DNA of 63,404 bases, the filler included, from Neolecta irregularis DAH-3 (Eukaryota), in NCBI GenBank assembly GCA_001929475.1. It is 11 parts of 11 records of this genome, joined end to end, with 100 filler letters (N's around TTAATTAATTAA, not from the genome) between each part and the next. Parts side by side here need not be neighbours in the genome. Positions count along the whole stretch, not along the records: positions 37,384 to 42,687 come from LXFE01001091.1; positions 42,788 to 45,254 come from LXFE01001092.1; positions 45,355 to 50,521 come from LXFE01001093.1; positions 50,622 to 54,851 come from LXFE01001097.1; 7 more parts are not named here. The stretch is one strand, 5' to 3'. Positions 41,424-53,431 of the stretch are shown here, in pieces. Every line of letters starts with the position of its first letter. Within the stretch, counting starts at the first letter, position 1. Below the pieces are notes generated by a model that was given only the letters and a program-made list of their open reading frames with translations, made no database searches and was not told the DNA's origin. Position numbers and translations under genes: made by a program.

Positions 41424-42687
41424 ATGCTTTTCGAGAGCAAAGAGACCTTGAAACCGCTTTCGACTGCCGTCGAATTTCAAACAATAATATTTGCCGGGTT
41501 TGGAAATAAGTATTGTGTTTTTTGTCGGAATACAATTTGCTGATTTGGCAGTCTGTATCCGCTTACCGAGGAAAGCAATTTGCCGAAAGCATTGCTACCG
41601 ATTGCGAATGAGCCTCTGATCACATATCCACTAAGATGGTGCGAACAAGCTGGATTGCAAGGTATACGACACTCTCTTGGATGCCGCTGAATTCAGCTTG
41701 TCTGGTGGTGTGTCATGCAGAATCATATGCACAAATACTAGCATTTGTGCGCAATGAGTATCTGGGACCGTTAAAGATCTCGATTGAATCAGCCGGAAAA
41801 ATATCCGACTCGCATGGCACAGGAGACGTTTTACGGCGACTAAAACACAAAATCAAAGCACTACTTATCCGAGATCCGCCTTCTGACGCGATAGACTGAC
41901 GTCATTATTTTAAGCTGCGATACCTATATGGATCTTCCTTCCCATACTATTATCGACTACCACCGTGCGGAAAATCCGTCCGTTACAACAATATTCTACG
42001 ACACGACCTCGGAAAAGTCTGTGACAATAGCAAAAGGCGAAGGTGTGCTTCAACTTGTATCCGCTCACAATCAGTGGAGAAATCTTTTGTTGGAATCGAT
42101 CGCAGCAATAATCGCCTGTTACTAGTCAAAGATGAGGATGACCTAGACGATGAGATCACCCTGAGGATGTCCCTTTTGTGGAAGTAGGCCTCTCGAAATC
42201 GTGTTTGACTCACTTAAGATTTCCCAGAGTAACGATATCAACAACATTACAAGATTCTTACATCTACATCATGAAACACTGGGTTGTTGACTATATCCTA
42301 AAGAACGAAAAAATATCCAGCATAAAAGAAGATTTATTACCCCAATTGGTGAAAATGCAATATCAGTCCATTTTATTGAGAAAAGAGGGAATTGAACAGT
42401 GTACCAAAACCTCTGATGTGAAACTAACAGGTTAGTGATGACAAAAGATAAGAATGACTTTTTCGAATTGAACGATGTCAAAACTTTACAGAAACCAAAA
42501 GTAAAAGTCAACGTTTTTACAGTTCCAAAAGATAAGACCTGTCTGCGCGCCAACAACATTTCTGCATATTCAGAACTGAACAGACTGGTAATATTTCAAA
42601 TTTCAAATACCATTAACAGTCAGGTATCCAAGGCTGCTCCTGAACCCAGGATATCACCATCTGCTGAAGTCTCCAGCAAAGCAGCTG
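41424..42687 (+). CDS. GCD1: eIF2B gamma subunit (3' partial, runs into gap)
   Basis: IIFAGFGN.LYPL...PKALLPIANEPL..YPL.W; ILSCD; LQDS.IY; SIKEDLLP.LVK.Q. Confidence 0.88.
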
Positions 42688-42787
42688 NNNNNNNNNNNNN
42701 NNNNNNNNNNNNNNNNNNNNNNNNNNNNNNNTTAATTAATTAANNNNNNNNNNNNNNNNNNNNNNNNNNNNNNNNNNNNNNNNNNNN

Positions 42788-43330
42788 CCTGGCCGAGTAG
42801 TAATAGCACGGGGACTAGCCAATTCCCAAAGTTTAATAGTCTTATCGAGACTTGCACTCAAAATATCCTTTCCGTCTGGAGAAAACGCAACGCTATAACC
42901 GAATCTTTGTGTCTCTCGAGTTTTTCAACACAAATACCGTATATTCAGCACGGAGAATTAGACCCTAATAATTTTATCTTGAGCTCCGGTTGCAAGTAAT
43001 GTCCCATCTGGACTAAAGCAGACGCTTCTAAGTATAAATGGCCGTCACGATCAAGACTGTTATCAAGTAATATAAAAGAATTAGACGGGGATTATGAAGA
43101 ACATGCCAAACTTTCTCTCCGGTTCTCACGTCAAAGATTTGAGCACTCCGGTTGCATAGCTACATACCCGTACTGAAACGTACGCAGACGACACTTTCAT
43201 GGACGAGGGTATGTTCAAGATATCAAGAACTTTGGGAAATCGTGGATTGAAAACAGCGAACCAGTCTCTTTCGATGTTTTGCAGAAAGTTTATCGGTCGC
43301 CGCCGATTGGAGTTTGTTTTTAGGAGGCGC
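42788..43330 (-). pseudogene. TUP1: Degenerate TUP1-like WD40 corepressor fragment
   Basis: Pieces [77 protein letters not shown] lie in different frames; middle WD repeats are missing. Confidence 0.75.
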
Positions 43331-43664
43331 GATATGACTGGTGGCTGAGACAAGTCGAGGTGTCAAGAATAGCAACTGATTAAAATACAACAATATGTTT
43401 ATATTTAAAGTGAATATGCGCAAATGGTATTTCGGGTGTTTGGCTTTTGTTGAATGGATTTATTATGGTGCGCAAATCTCTTTGGTATCGAATCTCTTTG
43501 GTACGCGAATCTCATTTAAATGTCATTATGCGCGGGCCTATTTATGTTTAATTCAAAGTACATGATTCTTGACTGTATGTAAAGGAATGATGGAATATAA
43601 AAGGACGTGGATCCAACCTGATCTCTCAGTCGACGTCAACCATCGTACGGTACCGCCTGTCTAT

Positions 43665-44402
43665 ATGGCGACAGCATCCAGCGAGACTATTCTCCGGCGG
43701 CAACTCAAGGTGAGTGTTTGACGCGAGTTGGAACGCAAGATGACATTCAGGAACTTTCGAAAAGTCCGATACAGGGCTTTTCTGCTGGTCTTGCGGACGA
43801 CAGGTTTGGAATTGTCTGGATGGGCTAAATCTAGCAATATTTACGAATGGGAAATTCTGATTATGGGGTACGATGAGCTTTGTGATATTCTTACGGTCTA
43901 GACCCGAGGATACGATTTATGAAGGTTTAAAGCTGGGGCGGGGTGGACTAATTTGAAGGGGGATTCTTCAAAGCAGCACTGTCTTTTCCAAAAGATTATC
44001 CGCTGATGCCGCCGACTATGAAAGTGAGAATGTGGATATGTGGGGCTAACGTTAGTTTATATCTGAGATGTGGCATCCGAATGTATATGCGAATGGGGTG
44101 GTATGTATATCTATACTGCATCCGCCGGAGGACGACAAGTATGGGTACGAGGATGCGGGAGAACGGTGGTAGGGTTCTGGAGGGAGTTTTTGCTGAGAGC
44201 AGGATGCCTGTGCATACAGTGGAGACGATACTGATTAGCGTGATTTCGATGCTTAGTTCGCCGAATGACGAGTCTGCGGCGAATATTGAAGCGGCGAGGC
44301 AATGGCGGGATGACTGTACGGGAACTGAGGAGCGAGCTGATGTTAGATGCGAGTTTCAAGAAGAGGGTTCGGCAGACGGTGAGGAAGAGCACGGAGGATT
44401 AG
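43665..44402 (+). CDS. Ubiquitin-conjugating enzyme E2, UBE2G/Ubc15/Cdc34-like with acidic loop, about 8 exons
   Basis: GFSAGL.D...[62 protein letters not shown]. Confidence 0.93.
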
Positions 44403-44464
44403 GAGTATTTTGGATGTTTGTGCTTCGGATCAATCAATATACATATACATATACAGCAGCAATG

Positions 44465-45254
44465 CTAAAACCAAAAACTGACGCTCAAGCTTACGGTTAG
44501 GCTGTGCAGGTAGTGCCACCAATTGAGGGGGATGTAGAGGGCGTCGCCTGGGCGGAGGATGCCGTCGACAAACTTTGCGTTGCGCAAGTCTGGAAAGGCA
44601 TCGTAGTCTGGATTTGCAATGTCGACCTAGAATGAGTGAGGAGGGAGAGAAGAGTGACCTAGAATGAGCGAGAGGGAGGAGAAGAGTGACCTAGAATGAG
44701 CGAGAGGGAGGAGAAGAGTGACCTAGAATGAGTGAGAGGGAGAGGGAAAGGGAGAGGGAGAGGAGGCGACCTGAGAAGTGTTGCCCATGTCGACGCCGCT
44801 TTCAGGGCTGCGCGGGTAGAGGCGGGAGGAGTACTGCGGGGCATAGAGGCGAAAGTACTTGTAGCCGAGGACCTGGCAGAGGATGTTGTGGTAGGGGTCT
44901 GTGTGCAGGGGGCTGGTAGTGGCGCGGGAGCCGAACCAGACGTTTGGGAGCGGGTCTGGGGGCGGCGAGGGGGTCTGGGGGCCGCAGAGGTCGGCGCGGG
45001 CGGAGCAGTAGTCTGGGCCGCAGATGCCGGCGCGGGCGAAGCAGTAGTCTGGGACGCAGACGTCGGCGCGGAGGGCGGGGATCTGGGCAAAGAGGTCGTG
45101 CTGCGCGAGGTATGCGGGCGGCGCGCGCGGGGCGAGGATGTGCGCCTCGAGGAAGCGCGCAAAGGGCATCCACTGCTGCGTCCACGCGGCCTGCGTGTAG
45201 TCGCCGCCGAGCTCGACGGGCACCAGCCTGCGCCCGCCCATCGTGGCCGCCAGC
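44465..45254 (-). CDS. JmjC/cupin-8 2-oxoglutarate oxygenase, JMJD5/KDM8-like (5' partial)
   Basis: YLAQHDLFAQIP.L..D, NVWFG...TSPLHTDPYHNILCQV.G.K, NTSQ|VD, LRPGDALYIP..WWHY. Confidence 0.9.
44627..44740 (-). repeat. 32-bp tandem repeat of the intron 3' splice site (four acceptor copies)
   Basis: gacctagaatgag recurs, with CTAG at 44627, 44659, 44691 and 44723. Confidence 0.9.
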
Positions 45255-45354
45255 NNNNNNNNNNNNNNNNNNNNNNNNNNNNNNNNNNNNNNNNNNNNTT
45301 AATTAATTAANNNNNNNNNNNNNNNNNNNNNNNNNNNNNNNNNNNNNNNNNNNN

Positions 45355-45663
45355 AGACGTAATATTAATGAACTCTTCTGTGAATGGCTCATCGTTGAAA
45401 AACACCCATGGGTAATGAAAGATCTTGTTGAATCGATCTTCCACCTGTCGGATCGAGTGAGCTAATTTATACAAATCCGAGTTTTGAGCGAGTGTAACGA
45501 AAGCAGCCTTTGCTCTACGCTTCGAACCAGCCTCCACTTTGACATTTATGACAGGGAATGTCCGAGGTGTCGGAGGAGGACGCAGGTGCACAAATATCAA
45601 AATGATAGAAGTAACTAAAAATAGAAAAAGAAAAAGATATCTCAGGCGATGCACTTGTAGCAT
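45355..45663 (-). CDS. KRE2/KTR-family (GT15) alpha-1,2-mannosyltransferase (3' partial)
   Basis: Type II TM anchor, then KAAFVTLA.NSDL....SIRQVEDRFN..FHYPWVF.NDEPF.EEF. Confidence 0.92.
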
Positions 45664-45730
45664 GTGCGAAACGTTTGGCCAGCCGATTGGATTATTAAGA
45701 GGACATTCGAGTTTCTTTGAGCAAAGATTG

Positions 45731-46044
45731 TGTAGTTTGGGTTAACCCCACCGTTGAAACTCCCACCAGCCCGCCACCGCCACCGCCCAATCGTCGGAAG
45801 GAGCACAGAGCGCAGCAAGGGTCGCAGCTCATCCCAGACAGACCGGTCACAAGCATTGCCACCCTGCAAAGCAATAGGAAGGCAGGCAGATACCGCAGCA
45901 GCCCATATGGCGAATTTGTATGTTAGCGCCCAGTGGCTGGCCAGGCTTTCACCTGATAGTCAATATTATACGTAGTTATTCTTACTCATAGCATCTACGT
46001 CGCCATAACCAATCCAAGTCCACATCAGCACCCAACCCCAGGTT
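45731..46044. mobile_element. Dispersed LTR-like repeat, copy B
   Basis: Starts TGTAG; aligns with 1-205 and, inverted, with 50217-50521. Confidence 0.7.
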
Positions 46045-46448
46045 TGAGAAAATATTAATTTTTGAAATTAATCCTGTCGAGGTTCATTTGAGGCAAATAC
46101 AACCTTGGAAAATGACCTCGCAATACATACGCTATACTATCTCAAGGTAGAATATGTAGAAAGAAATGAAACATTTTGAAGGAAGATAATTTATCTCTCT
46201 TCGTATGACTTGCCTCATCTTCTTACCTGGTTGTCAAAACTCTGCCCTCGCCTTCAACGAACCATTATTATCGTAATCTTTTTAGGAGGCTGGCATAAAT
46301 CGAGCTTGCAGTTCACGTTTGTCCTGCGGAGGATCATCAAATCGATCTTGATCATTAGACCTTGTACGATTTGATACAATGCATATGAAACACTAAAAAA
46401 CAATAGTAGTATTTAGAGGCATGATCAACAAGGGCTATTAAAACTCTT

Positions 46449-47711
46449 TTATCCCGGTGTTTTCGGCAAAATTCCAAGGACTAAGAGATAAACCATTTTT
46501 GTGAACCGCAAGACTGAGCATACCTTCCTCGAGCTCTTTTTGAAGTTGAGCTTCCCGTTCAGGATTATTTTCGATCACCACAGGTTTTTGGACAAGTTCT
46601 TTAGTGACGAACTTTGGGATCCCAGACTTCTTTACTTCTATCACGCGTTTCTCCATTGGTGTACGCGGGCTTTGAGGAATCTAAAATCAATTACAGCTGT
46701 AAAAATTGTTTATACCACTTGTGAAATATCTCTGAGTGCAGACGACTGGCGTCTCATCCATCTATCTGTCAGAGCATTCGCGTCTCTCTTCAATTTTTGG
46801 TTCTCCTTGGCCAATTGATCCAGCTGCCTCCTTAGATATTTGATAGTCTCATTTGGTTTTTCGTCACGTTGGGATAAAATATCTCTAATGGTACCGAGTT
46901 TGTCATTCATGAGATATTCCAATTTCTCTGGTTCATGAGGGACGTATTCCATTGGTCCTTGGTTGGGATCTCCACCACTCAAATATATAAGCTTCGACAA
47001 ACATGATTTAATGATCTCCCACAATTCTCGATGTTCTTTTGTGATATCTTCCAACTGACTCGAGATATAAGCACCGCTGTCTTCAGTGATACTTCGAATT
47101 GCTTCGGAAATTGCTGGAGTTCTACCTGCGATCGTAAGAGTCGCGATTCGTTTCCTATTATCGAGTGCTTTCTCCTGGAGACGCCCAATTTGACTATCAC
47201 GTTTTTTAATATCGTTGATGGATTGTGTGCGAAGATGGGTCAGAGTTGATTTTAGGCGTGATATTTCTGTGCGTAGTTGGGTGACAGAAGAAGTTGAGGA
47301 TTCCACAGATAAAGAAGAGGAACTTCAAGTCAGCTTTTAGGTTTCTTAACAGAGTCGATGCTGTAATTCTTTGATTAGTCGCGAATTCTCCTGGTTGATA
47401 CTTTCAATTTTAAGATTTAATCGTTCCTTCAATTAGTAGAGCCATAGTAATCCAAAGCACGATCTCTTTATCTTTATTAAATAACTCACTCTCATGGAGT
47501 TTTACGTCTTCAGCGTATCTTTTCTGGGTGGATACTTGTTCCTGCAGCCCCTGATCAGTTTCATTTCACGTTGACGGCGGCACAGTACATCATACACTCG
47601 TACTAAGCGGGTGACCAATTCAACTGTATCTTCTTCTCTTGAAAAATCAACAGGGTCCAGCACTAGACCGCGAGCTGCAAGGGAATTATTCAGGCTGAGA
47701 GGTGTTTCCAT
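46449..47711 (-). CDS. ADIP/Msd1/SSX2IP-like coiled-coil protein
   Basis: LNNSLAARGL N-terminus, long coiled coil, NDIKKRDSQIGRLQEK motif; multi-exon. Confidence 0.6.
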
Positions 47712-48521
47712 TGTTGGTGCTTAAAACTGACGTGAGAGCGCCCAAATTGATAAATTTGGACACGAGACAACCATCCACGACGCGTTACCACGAAGATTTT
47801 GCAACAATGGCAAAAAACATGGCAAATATTTATACCCCGAGGTATTCTAACACCTGTTATTACACGTCTATTCATCACGCTTGATTGTGTCTTTGGACTA
47901 TAGCAGATCAAATAGGAAATTGGATTCTTCCCAAGGGCAATTTCAAATACCAAAACTAACAGAAACGCTACTACGAGTGTGTCACATGGACATCCAGCTG
48001 AACACTCAAACCCTAGCCCAGGGAATTCAGTACCAATGAGTGTTTTCAGGCCACTTGCATTGGTTGCTAATATGATTCCCTGGCAAATTGAGATTGTGTC
48101 TAAAGAAACAGACCATGTAGTCAATGTTGAGCCCACTACGAGAATGCGAGAATCCAAAACGAACTCTGAATCTTCCCCGCGCCTAGAGATCTCTTGCTAT
48201 CACAAGAACACAGAAGTTGTCGAAATCTCCATAACACGCTTGCACCATCAATGAGACAGGGCCCCTTTTTAAAGCATAAACTAGATCTGAACTGGTCACT
48301 CAGTTTGATGTGGATGAATTTCACAATGTCGAACACGAGATCATTGGACTTGGGTTGGAAAACGCTATTGTTACCAGGGCTTCAATCAACTAATGATACT
48401 CCAATAATCTCATTAGACATTCAAAATGATTGACATATATCTCACCTCCTAAACACACTGATTTCTTCCGTGAACTACAGCTACCGGGAGCAGAAACGTT
48501 CGAGCATTTTTCTAATTCCCA

Positions 48522-49021
48522 TCAACAACAAGGAGTACCCGGATCTTTCTCTATTTGCACCGTATTCTGTCCAAAAATACCATATCCAACAAAGGCACCA
48601 AGAACAATCATAATGAGCATATAACCGTTGTAATACATTGCAATCAACATAACGAGATAGGCGCCTGCAAATTGTAAGGTATACAAGAAAGTTCGTAGAA
48701 AATGTTCGCCAAAGGTGGGAGTAGCCAGCATACCAGGCTTTGTAAATTTCCAAGCGATTTTGCGGTCCACTCGCCGCTGGATGTTTCGTATCATTTCAAT
48801 AAAAACGACAAGAAGAAAAACTGCAATACAAGAAAAGGCAAACTGGACTATGCTGTCAAGTTGAATTCAAGCAAAAGAATTTACCATTTGAATGCACATG
48901 CCATCCTCTGGAGAAGAAACAGGCATCAATGGTGGTCCAGTTCCACAACATCTGTAAAGTAAATTTGAGCTTAGCGCAGCAAACACACACTAATCTTGCA
49001 TGTATTTCTTGGAGGAGCCAT
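48522..49021 (-). CDS. Ctr-family copper transporter (Ctr3/Ctr5-like), 3 exons
   Basis: CKIS|MLWNWTTIDACF, MLIAM (MxxxM), YNGY, GAFVG, C-terminal CC. Confidence 0.92.
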
Positions 49022-49616
49022 ATTTATATTGGTGGAGTGGGTGTTTGCGTGATTTATCGAAGGTCAAGTTGAAGAAGTAAAATTTCACCGAGATATTGAG
49101 GCTTTTTGGTCCTTTAAGCCAAATATCTTAAAGTGAGACCAGTATGTAAAGGTAACAAATACCTCAAAATGACGGAATGGGTACTGATGAAAATACCTCG
49201 TTGGGAGGAGTGAACTCGTTTCTTATTGTCTTTGGCAGGCCCAGACCTGATGAGGAGGCCAGAATTTTGAAATACTACTCAGAATAGTATTTGCCGGAAG
49301 TAGACCCCATATGGAGGTGTCGTATATCCGGGTGCACGCATTGGGACTGGCCCCAAATTAGAGGCGTCGCGGTTGGATCACACCCGATTTTTTAAGAAAC
49401 TCCCCACCCAAAACCGGCATCCATTCTCCATCCCTGGAAGTGACTGATCTATCGAGCTTTAGTTTAAGGCATCATAACGAGGCACATGCTATAATATGAG
49501 TATGTAATCGAATTTCTTTTTCTCATACAAATCGTTTGCAACGATGTCATCAAGATAGGGACAACTTATAACCCCGGTTATATGATTAATTCCATCATAT
49601 AGATAGTAAACCTGTC

Positions 49617-49624
49617 TGAGCAAA
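49617..49624 (-). promoter_or_regulatory. Candidate copper-response element TTTGCTCA
   Basis: Matches the Mac1 CuRE consensus ~600 bp upstream of the Ctr ATG; single short motif. Confidence 0.3.
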
Positions 49625-50216
49625 CCCGAACTCGCGAATGAGACACCTGCATTTTTCATTTGAATTAAACTGATCTCTTAGAATCCTCAATCAGTCATCT
49701 CACCAAGTGTTGGACTTACGAAAAGTCGAAAGAATCAAAGGTTGGGGAAAAAAGATTCAAGTCAATTTCTGCTCAAGCCTAGAAGAAAAAAGAAACAGGG
49801 CTCCATATGTTGGCGGCCGCTTGTATATGTAATGAATATTGACGATATAATGATCTCTACTAGTCAGTTTTGAAAATCTTTGTCGCGCACGTGAAGCTGT
49901 TGGCCTACCACAATCCCATTTGTTCTGTCCCACCTGTGGAATCGTCCACCTGTGGAATCGTCCCGCCTCACCACCAAATCCACCATCCTCATCATACCCA
50001 CACTTATAAATCCACTAACCTTCTCAATTGCATCCTCCGTCATGTCTGTTACAGAGGACTATGATCCTTTGCAGCCACACAACCCAGTAGAGATATTTAC
50101 GGACTTCAATCCAGGCATTTCAGGTAGGTGATAAGAAGGTTTTAGGGGTCAACAAGTACCATGAGTTGAATAGAATAAGAAATATTGCCCTCGACAAATA
50201 TCAGCTTGATGAGCTC

Positions 50217-50521
50217 TGTCAGCACACGACCTGTGGTTGGGCGCTGATGTGGACTTAGGTTGGATATGCCGACGTAGATACTGGGAACAAGAGTAACTAC
50301 GTATATTGAATATCGGGTGAAAGCATAGCCAGCTAGTCCAGCTAGTCGCTACTTATATACAGATCCGGCTATGTGCTGCTACCTTCATCTGACCGTTTGC
50401 CTCCATATTGATCTGCTGGGTGGCGATGCCTGTGACAGGCCCGATTGGGATGACCGGTGGCCCTTGCTGCTCCTTGTGCTTGTTCCGATACTTTGGCGGT
50501 GGCGGTGGCAAGCTGGTGGGG
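50217..50521. mobile_element. Dispersed LTR-like repeat, copy C (inverted, truncated by gap)
   Basis: TGTCAGCACACG start; reverse complement of copies A and B. Confidence 0.7.
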
Positions 50522-50699
50522 NNNNNNNNNNNNNNNNNNNNNNNNNNNNNNNNNNNNNNNNNNNNTTAATTAATTAANNNNNNNNNNNNNNNNNNNNNNN
50601 NNNNNNNNNNNNNNNNNNNNNTAGATAGCTTAGCTTTTGTAGTATATTTTATATATATAATGATGTATCTTGGTCAGTATGGTACAAAACATTTTTCAC

Positions 50700-51311
50700 A
50701 CTTGCCAGCCTGTCTCGCTCTCCCATCTCACCTACCAGTATCACCAATCCCGCCTGGCTGTCTTGTCTGCCTGCCTCTCTCGCCCGCCTCTCTTTCCCTC
50801 TCGCCTCACTTTCCCGCCCGCCTCTCACCTCGCTTACCTGCCCGTCTATCCCTACCTCCTGCCTGCGCGCCTGTAGGCTGTCCCTCCCACCCTCACGCCC
50901 GCCTTTCCCTCCCTTCCGCCCGCACTCCTGTCCCTCCCACCCGCCTTTCCATCCCGTCCTCCTACCCGCCTTTCCCTCCCTCCTGCCTGCCCGCCTGTCC
51001 CTCCCGCCCTCCTGCCCGCCTTTCCCTCCCGCCCTCCTGCCCGCCTTTCCCCCTTCCCGCCCGCGCGCCTGTCCCCCTCCATCACGTCCCGCCCGCCTGT
51101 CCCTCCCTCCCGCCAGTGCGCCTATTCCCCTCCATTGCGCCTGTCCCTCACTCCCGCCCGCCTGCCTGTCCCTTCCACCTGCCTGTGTTCCCTACCAATA
51201 TTTAGATAAACATATAGAATCATTATATACATAATATAACAATTTATACTTGCTTTTTATATACTTAGGCTTTTTAAAAAACCCATGGGCTTTGGCCCAT
51301 CTCCAACACTG
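50700..51311. mobile_element. Pyrimidine-rich CCCGCCTGT tract with CAACACTG end (same family as 16790-17121)
   Basis: ccagcctgtctcgc is the reverse complement of gcgagacaggctgg; the end ccatctccaacactg resembles 17107-17121. Confidence 0.5.
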
Positions 51312-51735
51312 TAAATACATTTTACCTACTTCTATTTGCTCCAAATGATGGGCTTTATATTTTGATAGGTAGATTAGAGACATAGACCATTTAGACGTCA
51401 GTTGATGTTCTCACGATCAGACTCTGTACTGACATTCAGGGGCTAATGGGCTTGGTTGAGGGTCGTCTAAAACATAAGCAGGACATTGTACACAATAAAG
51501 CTATGATGTCGGACAAATCCCTCCATATATGATTATTCCAGTCCAGTTCCTTTTCACGATATCTGTAACCTAATTATTTCAGAGATTCAGAAACCCCCCT
51601 TTTGTTTAACCTCACCTCTTTTTGTGGACATATTCAGATAATCTTTTAGAGTTCATTGTGACACTAGTGATGTGGTTCCCTTAATTGACTTTCCAGCAGC
51701 CTTTGTTAGAAAAGAACAATTCTCGCATTCTTCTT

Positions 51736-52413
51736 CTACTCTTCTCTGATCCAAGTGGCCGTTCTATCGTTCCATGCGCACAAAGAATTCAAATATCTCA
51801 TAAGATTGGTCAAATCCAGTTCCACAGAACCTAAAAATCCATGTGCCAAGATATAATTCGAATCCCGAGATGTCGACATCATACTATTATCACAGAGCTT
51901 TGCGAGTTGGCACGATGTGTAACTCCTCGACGTGAATGTATCGGACGTGACACCGTCATATACGCGGTCAACTTTTGGTGTGGAGAGCAAGGCTGTATTG
52001 AAGTCAGAAAACATCGGAAAAGGTCGAGGTGCAATGTTCGATGTCGTGGACAAGAGGCTCTCTGGACTAAGTAATGTTATTCGCCGAGCGCTATATATTT
52101 CAGATGTGGGATATCATGATATGAGGTTGAGGGAGTCTTGATTATAAAAGCATCTGCGACGATATTAAGGGGTTCCGGGTATATGTTTCAATTTGAACTG
52201 GATATGTTTAGTGTGTCCAGCCATCGCATTTGGTATCAGGTCATTTCCTGCTGGGACTGCCAATGCTTTAACGATGTCCTGACTTGACTCAGTGGTACTG
52301 CCTGTTCCACTGAGGCTGCTTCGATCGGCGTCGCCTTCGGTCGGTCCTGAACCATTGGTGGAGTCATAGTCGCTTGTGCTGCTAGGCGCCAGTACGGTCG
52401 GATCGTGGGGCAT
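51736..52413 (-). pseudogene. Possible degenerate or unrecognised coding relic
   Basis: Two adjacent minus-strand ORFs separated by stops; no recognisable motif. Confidence 0.2.
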
Positions 52414-52441
52414 GATTATGTCCCCACAACCCAAGTACGAA

Positions 52442-52824
52442 CAGTGTTGGCAATACGCCCGTCTCCACCTCTCGCTCCTATCTCGCCTGCTTCTCCATTC
52501 TTACCCGCCCGTCTCTCCTGCCTCGCACACCTATCCCGCCTTGCGTGGCTGCTCACCACCAGACCGGTAAGGATCAGGTTCAACAACTTACGCTTGCCGT
52601 CCGTCCGATGCACCCGCCCACTGTCCTCCAGCTCCTCCTCCTCCAGCCGCTGCGGTGCTGCCCCTGCGCGCCGAGTACTTCCCCTTCTGCTACACCAACA
52701 CCAACCCCAAACCCGCTATGCCCACCTTATTCTATATACGCAGTTACTTCTCTTCTAAGTAACTACGCTAGTGTACCCGACCTGAGTCTCACCCAGCACC
52801 AAATCCAAAGTTCGTGTGCTGACA
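52442..52824. mobile_element. Composite repeat: CAGTGTTG start, pyrimidine tract, diverged LTR-like 3' end
   Basis: atatacgcagttact...ccgacctgagtc...cagcacc...tcgtgtgctgaCA parallels the end of copies A and C. Confidence 0.5.
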
Positions 52825-53431
52825 TAGTGTGGGGACTCAAGGGTCCCCACCGTCACCATCAGCGATCACGTAATACGAGTGCGATTCATTGAGAGGTAGT
52901 ACTGATTAGAAACTTATACCATTTTCGAATTTTCGATCCTCTGCTGTTAATACCCTCATGTGAATATCCCGTGGAGGTAAACTTTTCATAGAGCGGGCTG
53001 CCATAGCCACCGAATGACCTCGAAATTCAAGTAATGGACAAGTTTGAAAGTGGACCAGAAGAATAGTAATATATGAATGGTTTATAATATTATATTAATT
53101 CATTCATGTTACTATACCATGCATTCCTTTTGTCTTTATGTCTAAAGATCATTTCAAACAAGGAACAAGATCAGTTGTACATTTTAAAATATTCGTCATT
53201 GTTTTCTCAATGTTCGTGGGAAGGCTTTTGTTTGTCAATAGCCAACAACCAAAGACATGATTCATTTACAACCCAGTTGAATGAGAGAACCTAGCAAAAG
53301 AGCATGCGACGGAAGGTCATTTTAAATTTAATATCTATCCCACAAACTTTTCCGTTACGTCTACTATACATTTCTTTTCTTAATAAAACATTTTACAACC
53401 AGTGATAATATTCGAATGAACCATTAGCCAT

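Noticed and set aside
50660-51205. 181-aa proline-rich ORF
   Set aside because: Translation of a C/T-rich repeat tract that lacks stop codons by composition.
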